A stretch of DNA of 64,000 nucleotides from contig OZ024751.1 of NCBI GenBank assembly GCA_964016885.1, positions 45,508,001 to 45,572,000 on the forward strand. The letters run 5' to 3'. The notes beneath the pieces are model-generated. The model was not told the origin of the DNA, searched no databases, and saw only the letters and a program-made list of their open reading frames with translations. Below, piece by piece: positions 50,341 to 64,000 of the stretch; the stretch's first letter is position 1, and each line of letters opens with the position of its first letter. The translations under genes were made by a program, and so were the position numbers. The DNA comes from Eledone cirrhosa. Taxonomy: Eukaryota.

Positions 50341-51487
50341 TGTATGTGTATATGTATGTGTATATGTATGTGTATATGTATGTGTATATGTATGTGTATA
50401 TATGTATGTTATATATGTATGTTATATATGTATGTGTATATGGTGTATATATATATGTATGTATATGTGTATATATATATGTATGTATATGTGTATATAT
50501 ATATATGTATGTATATGTGTATATATAATATGTATGTATATGTGTATATATATATGTATGTATATGTGTATATATATGTATATGTGTATATATATATATA
50601 TGTGTATATATATATATATATGTATATGTGTATATATATATGTATATGTGTGTATATATATGTATATGTGTATATATATATATATGTATATGTGTATATA
50701 TATATATATGTATATGTGTATATATATATATATGTATATGTGTATATATATGTATATGTGTATATGTATATATATGTATATGTGTATATGTATATGTACG
50801 TATAAGTATATGTATATGTATGTATGTATGTATGTATATATATATGTATGAATATGTATGTATATAAGTATATGTATAGAAGTGTATGTATGTATATAAG
50901 TATATGTATAGAAGTGTATGTATGTATATAAGTATATGTATGTATCTATATATATGTATGAATATGTATGTATATATATATAAATTATGCTAATTAGAAG
51001 AAGAAATAGTATATATTTTATCTGAGGATTCTAAAGACATGATTTAATGATAAGTATATATATGTATAAAGAATATGTATGTATATAAGTATATTAATAT
51101 ATATATGTATATATAAAGTATATGTATATATATAAGTATATGTATTATATATTGTATATATAAGTATATGTATATATATGATATGTATTTATATATATGT
51201 ATGTATATGTATATATATGTATGTATATATATATATATATGTATGTATATATATATGTATGTATATATATATATTATATATGTATATATATATGTATGTA
51301 TATATATATGTATGTATAATATATATATGTATGTATGTATACATATATATATATGTATGTATATATATATATATGTATGTATGTATATATATACATATGT
51401 ATGTATGTATATATAAATATATGTATGTATGTATATATATATATATGTATGTATGTATATATGTATGTATATATATATATATGTATG

Positions 51488-51518
<31 letters not shown>

Positions 51519-52288
51519 GTATGTATGTATATATATATATATGTATGTATGTATATATATATATGTATGTAGATATATATATGTATGTATATGTTATGTA
51601 TATAAGTTATTGTATGTATATAAGTATATGTATATGTATGTATATGTATATATATGTATATATATATATGAGTATATATGTATATTATATATATATATGT
51701 ATCTATATGTATGTATGTATGTATATATATGTGTATATATACATATGTATGTGTGTATATATATATGTATGTATGTATATATATATGTGTATGTATATAT
51801 ATATGTGTATATATACATATGTATGTGTATATATATATGTATGTGTGTATATATATATGTATGTATGTATATATATATGTGTATATATACATATGTATGT
51901 GTATATATATATGTATGTATGTATATATATGTGTTTATATATATGTATATATACATATGTATATATACATATATATGTGTATTATATATATATATACACA
52001 AATATGTATATACATATGTATATGTGTATATATACATATGTATATATATATATATATATACACACATGTATATATATATGTATACGTATATATATATGTT
52101 ATATATATATAACATATATATGTATATATATATATATGTGTATATATATATATATATACACACATATATGTATATATATATGTATATATATATATATGTG
52201 TATATATATATATATATACACACATATATGTATATATATATGTATATATATATATATGTGTATATATATATATATACACACATATATG

Positions 52289-52320
<32 letters not shown>

Positions 52321-53037
52321 TATGTATATATATATATATATATACACATATGTGTATATATATGTATATATACATATGTATATGTGTATATATATGTATA
52401 TATGTATAAATATATATATATGTATATGTGTATAAATATATATATATACACATATATGTGTATATGTGTATAAATATATATATAATACACATATATGTGT
52501 ATATGTGTATAAATATATATATATACACATATATGTGTATATGTGTATAAATATATATATATACACATATATGTGTATATATATATATGTATATATATAC
52601 ATGTGTATATATATATGTATATATACACATATATGTGTATATATTATATATATACACATATATGTGTATATATATGTACACATATATGTGTATTATATAT
52701 GTGTATATATATGCATATATATATACACACATATACACATACATATGTATATATATATAAATACATATGTATATTTATATATGTACATACATATGTATAT
52801 ATATATAAAAATTTGTATATATATATACATATGTAATGTGTATATGTGGTTGGTGTTAGGAAGGGCATCCAACTGTAGAAAACCCGCCAGACAGTCCTAT
52901 GCGAGCAAGACAATCACTCTTGCCTCAAGTGGGGGAAAAACCCGTCCAAACCCATGCAAGCGTGGAACACGGACGTTAAACTTGATGATGAATGTATATA
53001 TTGTATATTTATATATATATATACATATGTATATATG

Positions 53038-53073
<36 letters not shown>

Positions 53074-53131
53074 GTATATATACATATGTAATATGTGTAT
53101 TTATATATATATACATACATATGTATATTTA

Positions 53132-53168
<37 letters not shown>

Positions 53169-55234
53169 GTATATATGTGTATTTATATATATATACATAC
53201 ATATGTGTATTTATATATATATTACATACATATGTATATTTATATATATATATACATACATATGTATATTTATATATATATATACATACATATGTATATT
53301 TATATATATATACATACATATGTATGTATATATATATATATATATACATATGTGTATATATATATATATATATACATACATATGTGTATATATATATAAT
53401 ATACATACATATGTATATATATATATACATATGTATATATGTATATTATATATATAGATATATACATCTACATGCATATGTATAGGATAAAAGAGAAAAC
53501 ACAAGTAAGCATTAAACTATATATATGTGTATATGTGTATGTATGTATGTGTATGTATGTATGTATGTATATATGTATATATATAAATGTATGTATGTAT
53601 GTATGTATGTATATATGTATATATATAAATGTATGTATGTATATATATAAATATATATAAATATATGTATATATGTATGTGTATGTATTATATATAAATG
53701 TATGTATGTATGTATATATGTATATATATAAATATATGTATGTGTATATGTATATGTATATATATATATGTATATATATATATGTATATAAATATATGTA
53801 TATATATATATGTATATATATATGTATATATATATATGTATATAATATATATGTATATATATATATGTATATATATATATGTATATATATATATGTATAT
53901 ATATATATGTATATATATATATGTAATATATATATGATATATATATATGTATATATATATATGTATATATATATATGTATATATATATATGTATATATAT
54001 ATATGTATATATATATATTATATATATATATGTATATATATATATGTATATATATATATGTGTATATATATATGTGTTATATATATGTGTATATATATAT
54101 ATGTATATATATATATATGTATATATATGTGTATATATATATGTGTATATATATATATGTGTATATATATATATGTGTATTATATAATATGTGTATATAT
54201 GTATATATATGTGTATATATAATATATATATGTGTATATATATATATATATGTGTATATATATATATGTGTATATATATATATGTGTATATATATATATG
54301 TGTATATATATATATGTGTATATATATATATGTGTATATATATATATGTATATATATATATGTGTATATATATATATGTGATATATATATATGTGTGTGT
54401 GTGTATATATGTGTGTGTCGTAATATATATGTGTGTGTATATATATATGTGTGTGTATATGTATGTATGTGTGTATGTATGTATATAAATGTATGTATGT
54501 ATGTATGTATATAAATGTATGTATGTATAAATGTATGTATGTATGTATGTATGTATGTATGTATATAAATGTATGTATGTATATATGTATGTATATATGT
54601 ATGTATAAATGTATGTATGTATAAATGTATGTATGTATGTATGTATGTATAAATGTATGTATGTATGTATGTATGTATAAATGTATGTATGTATGTATGT
54701 ATGTATAAATGTATGTATGTATGTATGTATGTATAAATGTATGTATGTATGTATGTATGTATATAAATGTATGTAGGTATGTATGTATGTATATAAATGT
54801 ATGTAGGTATGTATGTATGTATATAAATGTATGTAGGTATGTATGTATGTATATAAATGTATGTAGGTATGTATGTATGTATATAAATGTATGTATGTAT
54901 GTATGTATGTATAAATGTATGTATGTATGTATGTATATAAATGTATGTATGTATGTATGTATATAAATGTCATGTATGTATGTATATAAATGTATATGTA
55001 TGTATGTATATAAATGTATATGTATGTTATGTATATAAATGTATGTATGTATGTATGTATGTATATAAATGTATGTATGTATGTATGTATGTATATAATG
55101 TATGTATGTATGTATGTATGTATATTAAATGTATGTATGTATGTATATAAATGTATGTATGTATGTATGTATATAATGTATGTATGTATGTATGTATGTA
55201 TGTATATAAATGTATGTATGTATGTATATAAATG

Positions 55235-55267
<33 letters not shown>

Positions 55268-55316
55268 GTATGTATGTATGTATGTAAATGTATGTATGTA
55301 TGTATGTAAATGTATG

Positions 55317-55349
<33 letters not shown>

Positions 55350-57521
55350 GTATGTATGTATGTATGTATGTGTGTATGTATGTATGTATGTATGTATAAA
55401 TGTATGTATGTATGTATGTATATAAATGTATGTATGTATATAAATGTATGTATGTATGTATGTATATAAATGTATGTATGTATGTATGTATATAAATGTA
55501 TGTATGTATGTATGTATATAAATGTATGTATGTATGTATGTATATAAATGTATGTATGTATGTATATATGTATGTATATAAATGTATGTATGTGTATATA
55601 TATAAATGTATGTATGTGTATATATATAAATGTATGTATGTGTATATATATAAATATATGTATGTGTATATATATAAATATATGTATGTGTATATATATA
55701 AATATATGTATGTGTATATATATAAATATATGTATGTGTATATATATAAATATATGTATGTGTATATATATAAATATATGTATGTGTATATATATAAATA
55801 TATGTATGTGTATATATATAAATATATGTATGTGTATATATATAAATATATGTATGTGTATATATATAAATATATGTATGTGTATATATATAAATATATG
55901 TATGTGTATATATGTAAATATATGTATGTGTATATATGTATATATATATATGTATGTGTATATATGTATATATATATGTATGTGTATATATGTATATATA
56001 TATGTATGTGTATATATGTATATATATATGTATGTGTATATATGTATATATATATGTATGTATATATATATGTATGAGTATATATGTATATATATATGTA
56101 TGTGTATATATGTATATATGTATGTATGTGTATATATGTATGTATGTGTATATATGTATATATGTATGTGTATATATGTATGTGTATATGTATGTGTATA
56201 TATGTATATATATATATATATATGTATGTGTATATATGTATATATGTATGTATATATATATGTGTGTATATGTATGTATATATATATGTGTGTATATGTA
56301 TGTATATATATATATGTGTGTATATGTATGTATATATATATATGTGTGTATATGTATGTATATATATATATGTGTGTATATGTATGTATATATATATATG
56401 TGTGTATATGTATGTATATATATATATGTGTGTATATGTATGTGTGTATATGTATGTGTGTATATGTATGTGTGTATATGTATGTGTATATATATATGTG
56501 TATATGTATGTATATATATATATGTGTATATGTATGTATATATATATATGTGTATATGTATGTATATATATATATGTGTATATGTATGTATATATATATA
56601 TGTGTATATGTATGTATATATATATATGTGTATATGTATGTATATATATATATGTGTATATGTATGTATATATATATATGTGTATATGTATGTATATATA
56701 TATATGTGTATATGTATGTATATATATATATGTGTATATGTATGTATATATATATATGTGTATATGTATGTATATATATATATGTGTATATGTATGTATA
56801 TATATATATGTGTATATGTATGTATATATATATATGTGTATATGTATGTATATATATATATGTGTATATGTATGTATATATATATATGTGTATATGTATG
56901 TATATATATATATGTGTATATGTATGTATATGTGTATATGTATGTATATATGTATATGTATGTATATATGTATATGTATGTATATATGTATATGTATGTA
57001 TATATATATATGTGTATGTATATATATATGTATATGTATGTATATATATATGTCTATGTATGTATATATATATGTATATGTATGTATATATATATGTCTA
57101 TGTATGTATATATATATGTGTATATGTATGTATGTGTATATATGTGTGTGTATATATATATATGTGTGTGTGTATGTATATATATATATATGTGTGTATG
57201 TATATATATATATATATGTGTGTATGTATATATATATATATATGTGTGTATGTATATATATATATATGTGTGTATGTATATATATATATATGTGTGTATG
57301 TATATATATATATATATATGTGTGTATGTATATATATATATATGTGTGTATGTATATATATATATATGTGTGTATGTATATATATATATGTGTGTATGTA
57401 TATATATATATGTGTGTATATATATATATATGTGTGTATATATATATATATGTGTGTATGTGTATATATATATATGTGTATATATATATATATGTATGTG
57501 TATATGTATGTGTATATATAT

Positions 57522-57555
<34 letters not shown>

Positions 57556-57888
57556 ATGCATGTATATATGTATGTGTATATATATGTGTATGTATATATA
57601 TGTATGTATATGTGTATATATATGTATATGTGTATATATATGTGTGTATATGTGTGTATATGTATATGTGTGTGTATATGTATATATGTATATATATATC
57701 TATATATGTATGTATATATATGTATATATGTATATGTATATCTGTATGTATGTATATATATATATATATATATATGTGTATATCTGTATGTATGTATATG
57801 TATATATATATATATATATATGTATATCTGTATGTATGTATATGTATATCTATATATATGTATATGTATATCTATATATATGTATATC

Positions 57889-57919
<31 letters not shown>

Positions 57920-58038
57920 GTATATCTGTATGTATATATATGTATATCTATATATATGTATATATATGTATATCTATATATATATGTATATATATGTATA
58001 TCTATATATATATGTATGTATATATATATATATATATA
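50341..58038. repeat. ~7.7-kb compound (TA)/(TATG)/(TG) microsatellite field
   Basis: Directly visible; interrupted at about 50985-51050, 52847-52990 and 53480-53520. Confidence 0.95.
52847..52990 (+). mobile_element. SINE 3' part with RTE-derived segments and (TGA)n tail
   Basis: GGTTGGTGTTAGGAAGGGCATCC..CTGTAGAAA ... ACCCATGCAAGCGTGGAACACGGACGTTAAA-(TGA)n. Confidence 0.6.
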
Positions 58039-58958
58039 ATTCAATATCTTTTTTATTTGATGCACCACTACCATCCCTCCAACAAGAAAAAAAATTACTC
58101 TGGTTTGTAGAATTTAAAAAAAAGAGTGAATGTGGATTTTTGTTTTATAAATATTACATTTAAACCTGATATATCCTCTTAATCAATTTAGCCAGTTATT
58201 TATCCTTAGGATGGTGTTGATGGTAATTTAGAGTGTCTACATATACATGTTGAATATGAAAAAAGTCTTTTATAATAAAAAAAAAAATTTTTTAAATTTA
58301 AAAAAAAATACCTATTGAAGGAAAATATATATCCAGTGTAACCATCAACTTCAAACTTTTTCGCCATTTTTGTGCCTTAACAATTCACACCTCCATGTTA
58401 TATTACAATTTTATCACGTCATCATTGTTGAAACCTTTCTTTGTTTATATCTATCTCATAGAACATTGTTTCGGCTGAAATGAAAAGCCAAGAATTAAAA
58501 ATATGGCCTCTATCCTTTTGTATCTGAATTCAACCATTTTTCTTCTTCTTTTTTTTTTGTTTTTTGTTTTTTCATTCTATGTTTTGTTATTGTTGGTTTT
58601 GTTGTTATCCTGTTGTCCCTCCCCACACACACACACTCCTCCCAAGTTGTACTTAACCATACTTAACCCTTTTGTTATCATATTTCTAAGGAAATCCACT
58701 ACCTATGTGTTTCAATTAATTTTTGAAAATAATCAACAATTTTGAAGAATTTAATAATAAAATAGTTAATATTTTTGCTTTATTACAATTATGATGGAAG
58801 GTTTTACTATAATTCTGAACACTTTAAAACAGATAATCATGTATTATAGAACCAGTGACTTTTTCAAGTGGATTCATATGAGAAGGGTTAATGTACAAAT
58901 ATTTACATTTTATATGTTCTTGTTCATGTTTATTCACTGTTACTACTCCAGCCAGCTC

Positions 58959-59345
58959 TCCTCTGGACATCTCTCCTCTTGGACATCTCTCCTCTTGGAC
59001 ATCCTTCCTCTTGGACATCCTTCCTCTTGGACATCCTTCCTCTTGGACATCTCTCCTCTTGGATATCCCTCCTCATGGACATCTCTCCTCTTGGACATCT
59101 CTCCTGGGTCACCTCTCCTTGGACATTTCTCTCCTCTTGGACATCTCGCCTCGGACACCTCTTCTCTTTGACACGTCTCATTGTTTAATGTTTATTCACC
59201 ATTACTACTCTGGACACCCCTCCTCTTGGACACCTCTCCTCTAGGACATCTCTCATTGTTTCTGTATAGTCACCATTACTACTCCAGCCAGCTCTCCTTT
59301 TGGACACCTCTCTCCTCGGACACCTCTCCTTTTGGACATCTCTCA
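58959..59345. repeat. 17-bp minisatellite (TCTCCTCTTGGACATCY) in three blocks
   Basis: Directly visible; each block is preceded by a CAC(T/C)(G/A)TTACTACTC motif. Confidence 0.85.
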
Positions 59346-61893
59346 TTGTTACTTATTAAAGATTTTTTCAAACATGTGATAATAGTCCAAAAGTAAATAT
59401 TCCCTGAGCTTTTGGTCAATGTTGTGAAAGACTAAAACCTTGTCGACCCCCTCCTCCACCTCTTCTAACTGAACAACGTAATTTCAATAAATTTACACCA
59501 ATATTGATCCCTTTCTCCTTAAATAATCACTGTTATGAGATTGAAATTTTATTAAAAGTTTCCAAAGTCTGTAATATTAATTTTATTTACACACACTAAC
59601 ATACATACTCACACACATGCACACACACTGACATACACATTCATACATACTGACACACACACACATACACACATGTATTAACTATAATGAACTAAATAAT
59701 ATAGATATATATTTCAGATGATGGAATAGATTTCTTAAATCATTTATTACCTTACAATTGTTTCAACACAATACATATAATATCAGTAGCTTACTCAGAC
59801 TTGGTGGCGACAGATCAAAGACCTACACAAAGGTCAGGTTTCAAACTTTTTCACTCATGGTTCCTTTTAATCATTCAGCTTGTTTGTTTTACCCTCACTG
59901 GAGATTATGTGCCCGAGCTGGCCTAATTAAATTTTGTTCATATAACATAAAATTGAAACAAAACTAAATTTCTTTTGACGAATATTGAATTAAATAAAAC
60001 CATTTGAGATTATTTCAGTCTTAATAGTTTCAGCAGGAACTTGTCAGTCCAAGCCACATTTTTGGGGTTCAAGCAAATATTACATGTCAAGAATGAGCAC
60101 CCATGTTCTGAGATATTTCTTGACCTTGGTGGTCAACTTTGCCTTTCATCCTTCTAAGATCAATAAAATAAAGTACCACTTATGTACTGGGAGTTGATAT
60201 AATTGACTTTCCCTTTCCTGACAAATTGCTTGTCTTGTGCCTAAATTAAAAAAAGAGAGTGAACACTGTTCTGAGATATCTCTTGTTGGTTTGGAATAAA
60301 AAGACTTAACAGTTGGGCTACCCAGACTAAGGATGGGTGCTGGAGTCCCTACTGATATAAATGTGTGTGTGTGTCTATGTGTCAGAATACAAAATACAGC
60401 TAAATGAACAACCTATTATATCAGTTGGTGATGGATTGGTAGAGTCGTTAGAACATTGGACAAATGCATAGCAGCTCTTTATATTGTGTGTTTAAATCCC
60501 AGCTGAAGTTAGCTTTGCCTTTCATCGGTATGGGGGTCAATAAGGTACTTGTAAGGCACTGGAGCTGATTTAATTAACTTTCCACTCTCAAATTTGTTGG
60601 TCTTGTCTAAATCGCAAGTTATCCTTATATCAGTTGTTAATCATATAAATTAGTGATATAGTACTTTACAATTCTTAAAGATACATCTTAAGTATTCCAT
60701 CATGAAGACTCAAATACAAATTAATAAATTCTATAAGAATGCAACACATTTTTATATGGAATGGAATAGACAGAGAATAAAAAGTAAGCTTTAACTTTTT
60801 GTAAGCATATTTCGCACAAAGATTATACAACCTTTGTGTTTTAATTATGAAATGTTGAGTGAAATAACTAACTTTCAACTTAATGGTATGGTGCCGTAAC
60901 TCCTGATGGAGTTGTAGAAATGTCATATTGACATATGGCATTTCTTGGACATTTTAAGCCAGGCAGAGCCCACCCCACCCCTTTCAACACCTGAGTATAG
61001 CAGATTTCTTCCAGAGGAGAGGAAGTAAGAGATATAGAGGAAGAATCCACCCCAGTACTAAACTGGTACTTTTTTTTTTTTTTTAAACCTTGAAAGGATG
61101 AAAGGCAAAGTTGACCGTGGCTGGATTTGAGAGCAGAGAACTGGAACGAATACCACAAAGCTTTCTATCTGACTCTGCCAATTTGCTGCCATTTTCAATT
61201 TAATAAGAGAAGACAAATATTTAATTACTGAAATCAAATATTATCTATCATGTAATAATGAGATTTCGGCCAGTTTTTTGTGTAGGTTGCTTGGTGTTTA
61301 AAGAGTTAAATGTTATTCTTGTTGTTGGTGGTGTGTAGACATATTCAGTTCTGCTGAGCAAATGGTTGATGCTAAAATAATCAATTGAAAAAACATTTTG
61401 GAGAAATCTGTTAGTGTTATGCCTCAGATATCTACAAGATGGAAAGATCTAACAGATGTAAAAATGATGATGATGATATGTTCACAGGATATATTAGTAT
61501 ATATGGAGTGTGTATGTGTGTGTGTGAGGACACAACCTCCAAATATGCTTCAGTTTGTTCCAAGACCATGTACACTCGCATGATAACTCTTTGTGCAGAA
61601 CAATATAGAAACAATCTAGTTTAGGTCTAAATTTTTTATCAAGACATCAGGAGTTCCTGCGTTTAATCCCACTGTGTAAGATCATGGGGGAAGTGTCATT
61701 ACCACAGCCTTGGGGATGGGGGTGGGGTTAACTAAAGCCTCATGAGTGACATTAGGTAGACAGAAAGGGTGTGGAAGCCCATTTGATGGATTGTATCTGT
61801 AATTGAAAGCCCAGTCTTGTCACGTTGATTCAGCTTATGAATTACATTAACGATATGTATATCTGTCGAATGCTCAATCATTTAATATGTTAA

Positions 61894-62114
61894 CCCTTTA
61901 GCATTTAAACTGGCTGTATCTGGCCAGAATTCTCTCACCCTTTTCTGTTCAAACCGGCTGTAACCGGCCATTCATATTGACGTTAAGGTATTGTTCTCAA
62001 AATAAATAACATCAAAATCTCATAGATTCAATAATATTTGAGATAATTATGTGAGATAAAGCCTTTACCACAAAAATACAATAGTATATATAGAGTAATG
62101 TAAATGATAAAGAG
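61894..62114. mobile_element. piggyBac-type MITE
   Basis: TTAA-CCCTTTAGCATTTA ... TAAATGATAAAGAG-TTAA. Confidence 0.65.
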
Positions 62115-62704
62115 TTAAATCACAAGTTGCATGATCATTTGATTGAGCAGCTGGATGCTCATCATATATAGCGATGTAGAATCAATCATCACATTTTTAA
62201 TCAATAGACAAACACTAATTTTCTTGTACAGTAGAACTTCTCAACCATTTTTTCAGTGTCATTAAGAATTTAACAAATCCTCTCATTTATCATTTTCAAA
62301 AAAATATTTTTGAAAAATTCAAATTTTAATCACTGAAGAACAAACATTATTTTATAAAAAATGACGAGCTGTTTAAATATTTTGGGGGGTGGGGTTACCA
62401 TGGTGATTATGTAATTAAATTCTAAAAACACTTTATTGTTTATATTTTTGTTGTTGTTGTTTTCTTTTCTAAACTTTGTTAATGTTGTTAACATCATTAA
62501 TATTCACATGAAATATTCATCATATTTCGTCTGTTTTTGGGGTGTTTTTTTTTTACTTTTCTTCTGAGTTCAGATCCTATTGTGGCCTACATCGATGGTA
62601 GACTTCATCCTTCGTCTGGTTTAACACCACCACCACGCCTCTGGTTTGAGGATATGCATATATATTTGTATGTGAATGTATGTATCTGCATGTATATATA
62701 CATA

Positions 62705-62751
<47 letters not shown>

Positions 62752-62752
<1 letters not shown>

Positions 62753-62874
62753 AGGAAAAGAGTCAGGACCCCGACGACTGAGCTCCAGTTGTTTCAACAG
62801 CTATATCCGAACTGTTCGGATCTAACTGTCCAAACGGCTGGAGCTCAGCCGTTGGGGTCCTGACTCTTTTCCTA
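62752..62874. repeat. 43-bp inverted repeat made of hammerhead 3' halves
   Basis: Arms at 62752-62794 / 62832-62874; related to GAAA-CGGCT-TGAGCTC-AGCCG-TC-GGGG at 31104-31130. Confidence 0.7.
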
Positions 62875-64000
62875 TTACCCACTCTACTACCCTAAGTATC
62901 GAGTACTCTGGTGTGATATGGTCCACCTGATTTCTTACCACACTTTCTTTGTTATATATGTATATGTATGTGTGCATATTTATAAATGTATGATTTTGCT
63001 GGATAGAACAGCATATTTCCTCTGAGAATGTGGCTTTCTAGTACAGTTGCTTTGAAGTGAAGTGTCAGTAAAAGGGGCTATTTTACATCCTAGTAGCTCT
63101 TCACTCTCTTCATGTAACCAATCAAGAAATCTTTTGTCTCCTTTTTTGTAGAAATGGTATAAAAACAAAAGACATAAACTACAGTAAAGTGAAGAAACCC
63201 CCACCTCTCCAAACAATGAAATTGCAGAAGAGTCAACTGTTTTGACCTATTGAGTTTCATTAACCTGTTGACTGCTGCATATATTTTACTCTGCTACAGT
63301 TGCTGTGCCAGGTTTTTTTTTTTTTTTTCAGTAAAAATGACTATTTTTTTAAACAAACATTTATTAACAACACATATCTGAATGATTGACAAATGTCACA
63401 TTAATAAACTAGTAACCCTATCTAGCTTTGAAGATATGAACTGTTGGAAACAAGTTCATAACTTTGAAGTTATGACTTTTGGAAATAAGTTCAAGCATGT
63501 TGGGAGGAGTTATCTCACCCGTGGCACTGGAATGCATATATGTTAGGCATTGAAGGGGTTAAGGAGACTCCATTATGTGAAGTTGTGGCATGTATCCTTG
63601 CTTGAATGATGTTTGTGGAAATATGTGAGAGTCATAAAAGATATGACAGACTTCTAAGTGTGAGAAGTCACTGGTTACAATCACCATGTTTGTGTTGTGT
63701 TTAGAACAAAGAATATTTAACTCCAAAATAGCTCAGTCCACCTGGCTGCAAATAGACACCACTGAGTTAAACAGAAAACGAAAAGAGCATATGTAAACAA
63801 TGTTTCGTTAGTTATTTATTGTGCTCAGGATCAGATTTAGACATTGATGGGCCCAAGGAAGTTCAGGTTTAGCAGGCCCCTCAAATAACAACACGTGTAT
63901 GTATATTTATTTATATATGTATAGATATATGTATGTATGTATGTATGTATGTATCTATATATATAGATATATGTATGTATATATATATACATACACATTT

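Noticed and set aside
58791-59396. ORFs over the 17-bp minisatellite
   Set aside because: Period is not a multiple of three and there is no domain signal.
62980-63216. Possible host exon (KRFLDWLHEESEELLG...)
   Set aside because: No recognisable domain or convincing splice sites; would need RNA-seq.

Overview
Repeat-dominated eukaryotic DNA with no host gene I can recognise. The extreme (TA)n/(TATG)n/(CA)n content and the SINE types suggest a cephalopod (octopus-like) genome, which is an inference. There is a 200-N gap at 50141-50340. The window is a nest of retroelements inserted in microsatellites: an RTE LINE with three C-terminal C2H2 fingers (open from the window edge, plus a 5'-truncated copy), four copies of a ~600-bp non-autonomous RTE derivative, an intact Penelope-like (Naiad-type) RT + GIY-YIG element with an inverted pseudo-LTR, a full-length Tx1/L1 element in (ATT)n, and several RLE-type (R4/Dong-like) 3' ends. 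Reading both strands shows about ten type-I hammerhead-ribozyme motifs from 6-7 unrelated families, mostly within fold-back inversions next to (TA)n. The other standout is a 71 x 78-bp tandem array with an uninterrupted 1902-aa ORF, a synonymous bias among its variants, and a KIRR/DP-punctuated cationic peptide repeat. Most ORFs in the supplied track are microsatellite artefacts.
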